A DNA stretch of 63,372 nucleotides, filler included, from Octopus bimaculoides (lineage: Eukaryota): the NCBI RefSeq assembly GCF_001194135.2. It is 8 parts of 7 records of this genome, joined end to end, with 100 filler letters (N's around TTAATTAATTAA, not from the genome) between each part and the next. Parts side by side here need not be neighbours in the genome. Positions count along the whole stretch, not along the records: positions 21,385 to 33,949 come from NC_068993.1; positions 34,050 to 49,664 come from NC_068996.1; 6 more parts are not named here. One strand, 5' to 3'. Positions 26,144 through 37,705 of this stretch are shown piece by piece (the stretch's first letter is position 1; every line of letters begins with the position of its first letter). The notes under the pieces were generated by a model that saw only the letters and a program-made list of their open reading frames with translations, had not been told where the DNA came from and searched no databases. Made by a program: the position numbers and the translations under genes.

Positions 26144-27618
26144 TGTCATCATCCATCCACTTGGTACTTCAACATCTTAGCTATGTTCATAATTTTTCTA
26201 CCATTTTCATCACCACAACCTGTACTTTAAAAAATTGTATTCATTGACTTGGTTCTTATTTTAGCCCTGCATTNNNNNNNNNNNNNNNNNNNNNNNNNNN
26301 NNNNNNNNNNNNNNNNNNNNNNNNNNNNNNNNNNNNNNNNNNNNNNNNNNNNNNNNNNNNNNNNNNNNNNNNNNNNNNNNNNNNNNNNNNNNNNNNNNNN
26401 NNNNNNNNNNNNNNNNNNNNNNNNNNNNNNNNNNNNNNNNNNNNNNNNNNNNNNNNNNNNNNNNNNNNNNNNNNNNNNNNNNNNNNNNNNNNNNNNNNNN
26501 NNNNNNNNNNNNNNNNNNNNNNNNNNNNNNNNNNNNNNNNNNNNNNNNNNNNNNNNNNNNNNNNNNNNNNNNNNNNNNNNNNNNNNNNNNNNNNNNNNNN
26601 NNNNNNNNNNNNNNNNNNNNNNNNNNNNNNNNNNNNNNNNNNNNNNNNNNNNNNNNNNNNNNNNNNNNNNNNNNNNNNNNNNNNNNNNNNNNNNNNNNNN
26701 NNNNNNNNNNNNNNNNNNNNNNNNNNNNNNNNNNNNNNNNNNNNNNNNNNNNNNNNNNNNNNNNNNNNNNNNNNNNNNNNNNNNNNNNNNNNNNNNNNNN
26801 NNNNNNNNNNNNNNNNNNNNNNNNNNNNNNNNNNNNNNNNNNNNNNNNNNNNNNNNNNNNNNNNNNNNNNNNNNNNNNNNNNNNNNNNNNNNNNNNNNNN
26901 NNNNNNNNNNNNNNNNNNNNNNNNNNNNNNNNNNNNNNNNNNNNNNNNNNNNNNNNNNNNNNNNNNNNNNNNTATATATATATATATGTATGTAGTTAAT
27001 GAACCTACTCCTACCCCTGTAATTTTTCTTCCTCTCCTTTACTCCTTGCTTCTCTTCTTTTCCTTTCTTACTTTTACAAAGCACATTCACTCCACTACTC
27101 CGATCACAATCAACACACACACACACACACGCACACGCACACACACGCACGCACACACATAACACTACCCCACCCCCAGCTTTACTACTTTCTGTATTGC
27201 TTGTCCTCAACATGCAGAACTTAGAAATGCTAAACTTTAGTTAACAAGTAGAACAAAGAACAGAATAGCTCATCTGACCATAACCGGACCGTCCTACTTT
27301 TAACTGTCTCAACACCTATCACCCATCTGAAGTAAACCTTGCTACACCAACTGACACGCGATATTTTTCCTTCCATAACTGACACGACAAACCTTTTCTT
27401 TTTCTTCTTTTCTTGTAGCTGTCTCAACATACATTCACATTCACGCTGTCTACATTAAATACCAGGTACAATACAAATAGTTTTCACTATCGATACGTGC
27501 CATGCCTATAGCTAGAACCTGACTGACAGTCGCACTGCACAGTTCATTATGCAGTGATGCACTGTGCTGATGTGCAACAAGCGTGACAGTGTAAGAGTGA
27601 GCTACGATCAACAGCGAG

Positions 27619-27868
27619 CGATAAAATGTCCACGTAACTTAGCGGTTCAGCAATACAGATCGATAAAATGTCCCCGTAAATTAACGGTTCGGCAATAGAG
27701 ATCGATAAAATGTCCCCGCAACTTAGCGGTTCGGCATTGGTAATCGATAAAATGTCTCCGTAACTTAGCGGTTCGCCAATAACGATCGATAAAATGTCCC
27801 CATAACTTAGCGGTTCGGCAATAGAGTCGATAAAATGCCCCCGCAACTTAGCAGTTCGGGAATAGAAC
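27619..27868. repeat. 42-bp minisatellite, 6 copies
   Basis: Units start at 27619, 27661, 27703, 27745, 27787 and 27828; consensus CGATAAAATGTCCCCGTAACTTAGCGGTTCGGCAATAGAGAT. Confidence 0.95.
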
Positions 27869-28019
27869 TGGTAGAATTTCTCACGTAGAACATAGTTTAC
27901 TCTGAACGCTTTTGACAAAATTTCCTCTTTTAGAAGTTATTTCATGTTAAAATTGTTGTATTTGGGTAACTTCAACCAATCACCGACATGTTGTTTGTGA
28001 GTGAGTGAGTGAGTGTGTA

Positions 28020-28059
<40 letters not shown>

Positions 28060-28324
28060 TGTCTGTGTCCACTTGGCAACCAATGTTGGTGTGTTTATGT
28101 CCCTATAAGGTCAGCAAAAGAGACCAATAGAATAAGTACCAGGCTTAAGCAAAAAAAATAAGTACTTTTGACTAAAACTTCTTCAAGGTGGTGCTCTAGC
28201 ATGACCACAGTCTAATGACTGAAATACGTAAAAGCTAAAAGGGTGCAAACACCCTTTGTAAGGATAATTCCTGCCATATCAACAACTGATGAAAGTCTTC
28301 ATATTTCAAATGAAAACTTTTAAC

Positions 28325-28620
28325 AACATCATCATCATCGTTGATTAACATCTGTTTTCCATGCTGGCATGGGTTAGATGGTTTGACTGAGGTCTGGGGA
28401 ACCAGCAGCTGCACTAGGCTCCAATCTGGTCTGGCAGACTTTCTACGGCTGGATGCCCATCCTAACGCCAACCACTCCAAGAGTGTAGTGGGTGTTTTTT
28501 ATGTGCCACCGGCGCAGGATCCAGTAAGGCGGGCCTGGCAACGATCACGTGCGGATGGTGTTTTTTTACGTGCCACCAGCACAGGAACCAGTAAGGGGGT
28601 ACTGGCGTCGGTCACGATCG
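28325..28620. mobile_element. Repeat family C
   Basis: CATCATCATC..TTAACATCTGTTTTCCATGCTGGCATGGGTT...CTGGATGCCCATCCTAACGCCAACCACT, as in the other copies. Confidence 0.65.
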
Positions 28621-29824
28621 GTTGGTGCTTTGATATAAATTGTTGTACTGGTCGTGGGACAAATGGAGCAAATGATTTTATTGGGTTACATAATACATAA
28701 TGTTGATGAGATTCAGAAATATAAACCCAAAAATTGCATTTGTCAAATGACTATGCCACAATTTGGTTTTATGCTGCCAAAAGGCATTGGCATGTTCGCC
28801 TTCTAAATTAACTTTCCTGATACCAGAAATTGCTAATTGTTTTAGCAGTAGCACCCTTCGTTGAGGGGATTACAAGAAAAGTTATTTAGTAATGAATGGT
28901 AGAAATACATGCTGGTAAAAGTTTGTCAGCCCTGTCGTGACTCTTTGGTCTGTCAGAGGGAAATATACAAGGATAATCTTACAGCAATGGGAGGTTCTCA
29001 AAATATATACATGTCAATTTTTGAAAAGGAAAAAAATTTTATGGTGTCTACTTTAAATGATATGCTTTGAGACAAACCTAATAAACTACTTTCTGTTTGT
29101 TTGCTTAATATCTTAAATCACAAGTTTATACATGCATCTTTTTTACCCTTTCGATACCAACTAGCTCTGGCTCTGTAGTACAAATGTCTTGTTTTCATAA
29201 GTTCTGAATTAAAATATATATATATATATATAATACACCAAGTACAGGATATCACCAGCGAGTGAAAAATACGTAAACACATAATGAGAGACAAGTAGGG
29301 GACAAAATACCACAAGAAGTCTAACCCCTCCTCAATTGTCGACTGTTAATTACTCCCTATTTCGTGCTTTCAACGACAAGATAGGAAACCTTCATAAGAC
29401 AGCAGTATCGAGAAATTTTTTAAATATAAAATTTGTGGAGAATTAGAGCTTTGAATGAACAAGCAACGACAGAGTGGACGTACAGAGTAAGCAATCGACA
29501 AAGACAAACATTAAGGGCCGTTAGGCCAAGACGCATTGGAATGGGTAACACCTAGGAGAAATTTTGAAGAGATATAGAATAAACAGAAGATTAGAAAATA
29601 GTAGAAGAGAGAAACGAATTGAACACTGAAATCATTATATCCTGAAATTTATGCTAACACAATGTTATCAAGATAACCCAATTTTGGAAATATTCCGTGC
29701 GAACTGAACTATTTATAAAACATGAATGCATACAAAAAGAACATTCTTTTGTATATGTTCATGTGTTATAAATATTATTTCTATTCGCTTTGAATATAAC
29801 ACCTTTTGAGTTACCTTGACAAAA

Positions 29825-30570
29825 TTGGGATCTTTTTTAAAACGGGGGCCACATTTTTCATTAACGAAACACTTTGAAACTTGGAACACTGGTAGAATGT
29901 GTCATATAAAACATCTTTTTCTCTTAGTCTTCTTAAAAAAAAAAGAAAATGAAAAAAGCAAATTTAAAAAGAAAAATGCAAATAAAACGAAGAAAAAAAA
30001 AGAAANNNNNNNNNNNNNNNNNNNNNNNNNNNNNNNNNNNNNNNNNNNNNNNNNNNNNNNNNNNNNNNNNNNNNNNNNNNNNNNNNNNNNNNNNNNNNNN
30101 NNNNNNNNNNNNNNNNNNNNNNNNNNNNNNNNNNNNNNNNNNNNNNNNNNNNNNNNNNNNNNNNNNNNNNNNNNNNNNNNNNNNNNNNNNNNNNNNNNNN
30201 NNNNNNNNNNNNNNNNNNNNNNNNNNNNNNNNNNNNNNNNNNNNNNNNNNNNNNNNNNNNNNNNNNNNNNNNNNNNNNNNNNNNNNNNNNNNNNNNNNNN
30301 NNNNNNNNNNNNNNNNNNNNNNNNNNNNNNNNNNNNNNNNNNNNNNNNNNNNNNNNNNNNNNNNNNNNNNNNNNNNNNNNNNNNNNGTGATTGGTTGAAA
30401 TTATCGAAATAAGACATTTTTTTACATGAAATAAATTCGAATACAAAAATATTTTTCTGTTCTATAACACAAAATAGATAAGTATACGAAGTTTGAAAGT
30501 CTTTCCGTACCAAAAACACTACGTAAAACATTAATGAAAAATGTGGCCCCCGTTTTAAAAAAGATCCCAA
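29825..30570. repeat. Perfect 40-bp inverted repeat flanking an N gap (probable MITE/foldback element)
   Basis: 29825-29864 TTGGGATCTTTTTTAAAACGGGGGCCACATTTTTCATTAA is the exact reverse complement of 30531-30570. Confidence 0.85.
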
Positions 30571-31369
30571 AATTGTGTTAGCACAAATTTTCATATATAA
30601 TGGTTTGACAGGTCCTTTGTATTTTTTCTCTATATCTAAATACGCTGGCACAAACAATCGTCAGTAATGTATGGTGTAATCATCAAATAGAGATGTGATT
30701 TTCTTCATACTTGTTCATCTTGTTATATACTCCGAATTTCTTGAAATTCTTCTAAGCATTATTTGGATTTACTTATCATACGAGAAGAATTACCTTGGAT
30801 GTTAACTCTATTGAAACTTATTGGCATTTGATTGTTTGATGGAGTTAATCAATTTCGTTAACTCTGAGTGCTTTTTACTTCTTGTTATCCACACACACAC
30901 ACATTTCAGAATTAGTAGACGACAAGAAGCTGGGCTGAAGAAGAGTGAATAATACTGTCTACTAATACCGAAAATTGTCATTATATCTATTTATATATTA
31001 GGAAGTTAAAAGTTATGGCCAGTCATAGAGTGACCATTGGTTTCACACATATAAAGTACAGGCAACTCGTCAGACTCAAAAGGCGCATAACCTCTCCACA
31101 CAGGGCCAAGAGGACAGGATTGGGAGGTAAGCCTAGTGCATGAAGTGGAAATGTGAAGAAGAGAAGAAATGTAATTTGGTTTGTTGTGGTAGAATGTGTG
31201 AGAAACTTTCTTGTTAAGTGTGAGTGGGTCACACAGCGCTTCTAGAACTCAGTTTCGTTGACGTGGGCGGGTCTTCTCAGGAACTTCATATCGCTAGACA
31301 TCTCAGTCCTTTGTCATTTCCTCCGTGAGGCCCAACATCCTGAGGTGGCGCTCAAAGAAAGATTCAGAA

Positions 31370-32401
31370 TGTTCATTATCTTAATCATCAGTAGCGACTT
31401 GTCGTGGTTAACACAATAAAGCGGGTTCCGGAGTTAGCTACATTCTTCGACACTGTTATTAGTCTTCATAATTTTATTAAACGGCCAAGGATAGCTAGTC
31501 TCGGCAAAAGATTGAAATTGCCGTCGGTTCATTTCAGTGCCATTGCTTCTGTAACAGAAAATCACTCCAAGATTGTTGGTTTGCTAACCGAGTGCACGGA
31601 TTCATCAGATTCGAAAACGTGTATTGAGGCAATTGAAATTTTACATCAAGTTCGTTCCAAAGGGTTTATTTTTCTAGCCCTTGTTCTTAGCAAATTTCTG
31701 CATATAATCAGACCAGTTGACAAACAACTTCAGAGTCACAATTGTGATACACACCATGGCCTCGGGCTTCTTAAGGTTGCCAAGAGTGAAATAACCAAAC
31801 TAAGAGGCTCTCCAATATTTGATGAGATTCTGAAACAAATAAGTCAATTGAGGAACGCATGCATCGAAAAGCATGCGGGTCCTGACGTTTTTCAGATTAT
31901 GTTATTGAAGCCCTGGTACCATCACAAGATGACTGGATAATCTTTCACCGCAAAATTTATTTCGTGATCATCGATGGAAACTTGGGAGAGCTAGATAATA
32001 GATTTTCAGAGCAAAACGACAACATATATTCTTCCTTGGCAAGTCTACTACCAATGTCCGAGACATTTTTGGATTTTGATGCTTTTAAACATTTGAGCAA
32101 TTTAGTTAATTGCGATAAATTGACCTTGCTGTCTGAACTTACTGTGGCTAAAGCATACATTTCAAAACAAAATATGATGACACTGCAGTACATTTTGGCA
32201 CTTTTACGTATCCTACAGGATGCCTTTCCAAATGTTTATCTGTTGTATAGTGCAGCATTAACATTGGGATCTAGCACAGTCACATGTGAGTTATCGTTTT
32301 CGACGCTAGCTCGAATTATGACACTCTTTCGACGAAATATGAAGCACCAACGAAAATCAAACCTCGTAATACTTGCTTCTCTTAATAAATACAAACTGTA
32401 A
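31370..32401 (+). mobile_element. hAT transposase, C-terminal half with dimerisation domain (one stop/frameshift)
   Basis: ...LVLSKFLHIIRPVDKQLQS... then LDNRFSE...FPNVYLLYSAALTLGSSTVTCELSFSTLARIMTLFRRNMKHQRKSNLVIL, matching the hAT dimerisation motif (P.S...ERSFS.L......R..M...RL..L). Confidence 0.85.
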
Positions 32402-34049
32402 TTGATATGCATTATTGCACAGTAAAATACCCAAGATAAATTAGCGTGTATGCAGTTAAATTATGGAACAACTTGAACTTCGATCGTCGAAACCAACGTA
32501 AATCCAATTTTTTTATCTTTCACGCCTCTCCTTTTTTTAACTGCTGTGATTATGCGGGGTTTTTTCAACAAATGTTTTTATATTTGTACAACCATTTGTA
32601 AGATCTATATAATGGAGTGGTGGGGGGAAGAGGCAGGTAGCAGGCTTTGTGAGAAAATGTTGTTTTTATTATTTATAATTCTATCTCTACTTAAACACAC
32701 CTACTTATTTATTCTCTCAATTTATATTCATATCTGTAAATTCATGTGTAAAAAAAAGTCTTCCCCGTCCACCCCTTTTTTGCTTTCCTATTTTGTTTTT
32801 TATATCGTGAATCTAAAATCTGTCTGCCAGTTAATCCTCACTACTTAGCAAAGTCAACAAGTCTTAGTGTTTCTAGTTGACCCTTCAAAGACCTGCAACT
32901 GTGTTAAACTGACTACGAAGCCATACGTGTACTCTGGTAATTATTCTTTTAGTTAACTATTCCTTTTAATTAATATTCATCTTTGCTTTTTTCTCCTTGT
33001 TTTCGTTTTTTTTCTTTTCTTTCCGTGGCTTGACACATTAGAAGTTTAAAAAAAAAAGAATATGTTGAAATCTGTTGCAAAGACACAATTGAACGGTCGG
33101 TCTTTTCTCTGTAGACTAAATAAGAGCCGTGAATGACAACAGTTGATAGGTTTGGTAAGTTCCATATTACTGAGTCTTTTGGAATTTCCACAAATGACCT
33201 GTTTTATTTATTTCTGTCTGGTATTATTTGTTTGTAGTCGCACGAAGTCAATTTCTCTCCTTACAACTTGTTAACTAGAGTCAGCTCTTTGATGAATTTA
33301 ATATATGTATTTGCAACACATCTGACATAATGAATATGCCGGCCAACACAATCGAACACCTGGCACTTCAGTATTACAAAACCAATTATTAATACATCTT
33401 ACCTTTTACATGGAATGACGGTTAGTTCTTTTGCAACAACACAAAAGACACTAAAGAATTACATTGTTAAATTAGTTACATTTGGAGCCACTTAATGGTT
33501 GTCAAACACATCTGATAGTTTTTCACCTATATGTTCTTTGAGCGGTTATATCAACAAAGACTAGACCAGTTTTCTATTAATTACTTGCTGTTATGAAACA
33601 TGTTCTTCAGTGTATCCAATTTCTATTTGCGATTAAAACTTCATCAACAGCTTTGAAGCTGGCATTTGTTTTCGTTTTGTAAATATTCGTAAAAGGATTA
33701 TATATATATGTACACATTCGCGAGTAAAGGGACAAACAAACGTAACACTCAACCCATTTGGTAGGAATTCGATATGTTTGACTCGGCTCCATACAACTTA
33801 AAGTAGAGGGTACGAGTCTCATCGGACATCCAGGTAGGCTCATTCTACGAGACTCCGAAACTAAGTTGCATTAAAATGACTCAAACTGTTATTAATTTAT
33901 ATAAATGTGTGCGTGCATGAGTGAATAAATCACAAAAAAAAAAAAAAAANNNNNNNNNNNNNNNNNNNNNNNNNNNNNNNNNNNNNNNNNNNNTTAATTA
34001 ATTAANNNNNNNNNNNNNNNNNNNNNNNNNNNNNNNNNNNNNNNNNNNN

Positions 34050-35162
34050 AGCAGAGTGATGGGCCTAAAGTTCCCTATAATGTCCCCCTTGTTTGGGTCC
34101 TTTCTTAGCAAAGCCACCACTCCTCGACAAACAAAAGCAGGAATTCTCCCGTTTTGTTGCCAATTGCAGTAGACGTTTGCCAAGACGCCCGCAAACAAGT
34201 CTGGCATTGACGTATAAAGCTCGTAAGGCAGACCATCCAAACCCGGCGATCTACCTCTCGTGCAGCCTTTCATCGCTTCCTGTACTTCCCAGGCAGATAT
34301 GGGTCCTTCGCAGCACTCGGCTTCGCTGGTCGAGAGTTGTGGCAGGCCGTCTAGGTACACACCGAAGTCTGTCCCGTCGTCCGTCCTACCGTTCGTCCCA
34401 GGCTTTGCATGTCGTTAATGATGCGTTTAGCTTCCAGTAACCGGGACCTTGTCTATGGAGCCTATCTAAGTCGACCGTACAGATCACGAATTTGTGGTCT
34501 GTGTAGCCGACTATGTTGAATTGTGGACACCCTATGCTATCCTTATCCGCTGGCCTACAGAAAATTCTATCTAAGTACAATCTAGAAGACCCGATGCGAT
34601 TAGTCCAAGTCCACATTGGCACATTTGGGTTGTCTAGTCGATACATGTTGGTCAGCTGAAAGCGTTTGAGCAGGTTCACGAGGCTCTTGCATCCCCCTTT
34701 CTTATCAGATGCTCCCACACCCACCCTATCGATACGTTCATCTAAGACAGCATTCCAATCCCCAACTAGCACTAAAGTGCGAGAAGTACCTAGGAAAACC
34801 TCCAGACGTTTGAAATAATCCGACTGCCCTGCCAGTAGTCTGAAGGCAGTGCCATCACTACTATCGACATCCAGGACCACCAACTTACTTTCCGGATCCA
34901 GGAAGACTGCCCTTATTTTCAAGTCCAGGCCTTTCCGAAATAGCACCACAGTACCCCCACCGCCTGCTCCCGGCCAACAAGGAGATAAAAAAATCTCGTA
35001 TCCGCCAAAAAGGGCTGCGAGTTCCTGCGGGTTGGAGAGCCTGGTTTCGCTAATGGCTGCTACATCTACACTGTAAGACCTCAGGTCGTTCAACAGGTGA
35101 CCTTGTTTCCAAGGCGACCCGAGGCCTCTCACATTTATGCTTCCGATTCTGAGAATTACCAT
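34050..35162 (-). mobile_element. Tx1/L1-clade LINE ORF2: APE endonuclease plus start of RT, internally deleted
   Basis: IGSINVRGL...AAISETRL...GDWNA...TDH...GPGYWKLNASL (APE), then EGPISAWEVQEAMK...SPGLDGLPYELY...NFRPITL (pre-RT); truncated by a gap. Confidence 0.9.
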
Positions 35163-35497
35163 GTTTTTTTAAAAAAAGGAAAGTATTAGAGCAGAAAAGG
35201 CTCTACTTACTATTTTCTGGTGGGGTGGCTCCCCTATGTTTCCGTGTGGGTGTTTCCACTAAATTTCGATAAAGTCTTTGGGAGAAACTTCTCCCTAGCG
35301 ACCCAACATCATTTGGGAACTTTTCTTTTATTTTATTGTAGTTTTCTTGGGTTATTTTTAGTGTGAGTATGTGTGCTGGTGGTGTGTTGTGTAAGGGTAT
35401 AATGAAGTTTGAGATATTTGCATTTGTACTGTTTTTTAAAAAGTTTAACATCGAAAAATACCTTAGGAATGAGAACCCAGGTTCAAAATTTCACCCA

Positions 35498-35543
35498 GAT
35501 ACCTGATGAAGGCTGGGGGGTATATCAGCCGAGACGTCGTGCT
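35498..35543 (+). ncRNA. Minimal type I hammerhead ribozyme relic of PLE type (one core mutation)
   Basis: GATAC-CTGATGA-A-GGCTG[GGGGGTATAT]CAGCC-GAGAC-GTC-GTGCT. Core CUGAUGA intact, 5-bp stem II, GAAA changed to GAGA, ACGU palindromic stem III, GUC site, partial stem I. Confidence 0.5.
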
Positions 35544-36144
35544 AACAAGATGAGGACAAATATTCGTCAAATGTAAATAATGTAGTATTTTAATGTTCTT
35601 ACAATACATCCGCATTAAGTAGAATCTTGAATATTGCTATTTGGTATTAATACTGCTTCTATTGCTAATATTTAATCTTTTACTCAACCTGCCAGCTACT
35701 TATGGCACCAGTGACTGAAATAGGCAATTTTTCTATTTATCAGTAGAAGCAAGATTTGGCTAGCATGCACAGTTAAGTGGATACCTGCTGCTGATGAAGC
35801 ACAAACATGCTGAAATCATGTAATTCTACCACCAGTCCTAGACAATTCTTGTCTGCCACTGATGTTGCTGTGCTTGTAAAGCACTAAATATCTATTCAAG
35901 AGGCTTTATGTCATCCAACACTGCTTGACAACCAGTGTTGGTATATTATATCCCTGTAACTTAGCAGTTCACCAGTAAGAGACTGAAGTCTAATAGAATA
36001 AGTACCAACCTTTAAAAGCAAACAAAAAAAAAAGCACTGGGTTTGATTCAGTCAACTGAAACCCTTCTGGACAGTGCTCCAGCATGGCTCTTATCCAATA
36101 ACTGAAACACGTAGAAGATAAAAAATACATGAGTGTGTGTATGA

Positions 36145-36185
<41 letters not shown>

Positions 36186-37095
36186 ATGTATATGTGTGTG
36201 TGTATGCCNNNNNNNNNNNNNNNNNNNNNNNNNNNNNNNNNNNNNNNNNNNNNNNNNNNNNNNNNNNNNNNNNNNNNNNNNNNNNNNNNNNNNNNNNNNN
36301 NNNNNNNNNNNNNNNNNNNNNNNNNNNNNNNNNNNNNNNNNNNNNNNNNNNNNNNNNNNNNNNNNNNNNNNNNNNNNNNNNNNNNNNNNNNNNNNNNNNN
36401 NNNNNNNNNNNNNNNNNNNNNNNNNNNNNNNNNNNNNNNNNNNNNNNNNNNNNNNNNNNNNNNNNNNNNNNNNNNNNNNNNNNNNNNNNNNNNNNNNNNN
36501 NNNNNNNNNNNNNNNNNNNNNNNNNNNNNNNNNNNNNNNNNNNNNNNNATATATATATGTATGTTTGTGTGTCTGTGTTTGTCCCCCCAACATTGCTTGA
36601 CAACCAATGCTGGTGTGATTATGTCCCCCGTAATTTAGCGGTTCGGTCGGCAAAAGAAACCAATAGAATAAGTACTAGGCTTACAAAGAGTAAGTCCTGG
36701 GGTCGATTTGCTCGACTAAAGGCGGTGCTCCAGCATGACTGCAGTCAAATGATTGAAACAAGTAAAAGAGTATATATATATATATATATCAGAAAAAATA
36801 ATATATATATTTACAGGATTCAATAGAATCAAAGAATTTTAAAATTAAGGATACCAAGGTAATATAGACAAATCAGAAGGCTGTGGCCCAGCATAGCCAT
36901 AGCCTTTGGGCTGAAATACACATATATATATTCTTATGAGAGAAAGAGAGAAAAGTGGGGAAGAGAAGGGGTACAATTTGTTTATTGACTTAATTTCAAA
37001 ATCTTAATGAAGAATTAGTTCACGCTAACCTATTTCGTAAATTAGTAAGGTTAAATTTTGGGTTATCTCTCTTTGAATTCTGTTAAGATTATAAC

Positions 37096-37128
<33 letters not shown>

Positions 37129-37661
37129 TTTCAAACAATTCTTCCATTTATTATTTTACTTGTTTCAGTCAGTGAACTGTGACTTTGCTGGGACACCGGC
37201 TTGATAGGGTAAAGGGTTAGTCTACCACATCACCCCAAATATTTGAGTTAGGTTGGATTTTTTTTCTCAAATCACTAAATTACAAGGATGTAAACCAGGG
37301 TAAATTACTCCCAAGTGAGGTAAAAATGAAATTCTTGGGGGTAATTAGACGTAAGTATAATTACATAAAAAATAAGTTCCTTGTTACGACAGAAATTTTT
37401 CTTCTGGCAACTCTGCATTGTTCAATATAATAGATATGTAAATAGATTCATATAAATATTCAATAAACCTTTTGGATTCAAAGAATCAATGATTTTCTTC
37501 CTTTCAAATCAAGGGGATGACGTCAGCTTAAATAAATATATTTTGGAGTAATTGGTTTAAAATGTTCCCTGATCCCTGATCTAAACAAACCAATGCCATT
37601 TGTAAAGCAGTGGTGAGAGCAAACATGAAGATATGTGTGCGCACATGTGAGCTTGTGCGCG

Positions 37662-37705
<44 letters not shown>

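Noticed and set aside
27619-27868. CRISPR-like array
   Set aside because: The variable parts are short and homologous to each other, the unit derives from a SINE, there are no cas genes and the context is eukaryotic.
32970-33843. Short minus-strand ORFs as exons of a second gene
   Set aside because: No recognisable homology and poor acceptor sites.
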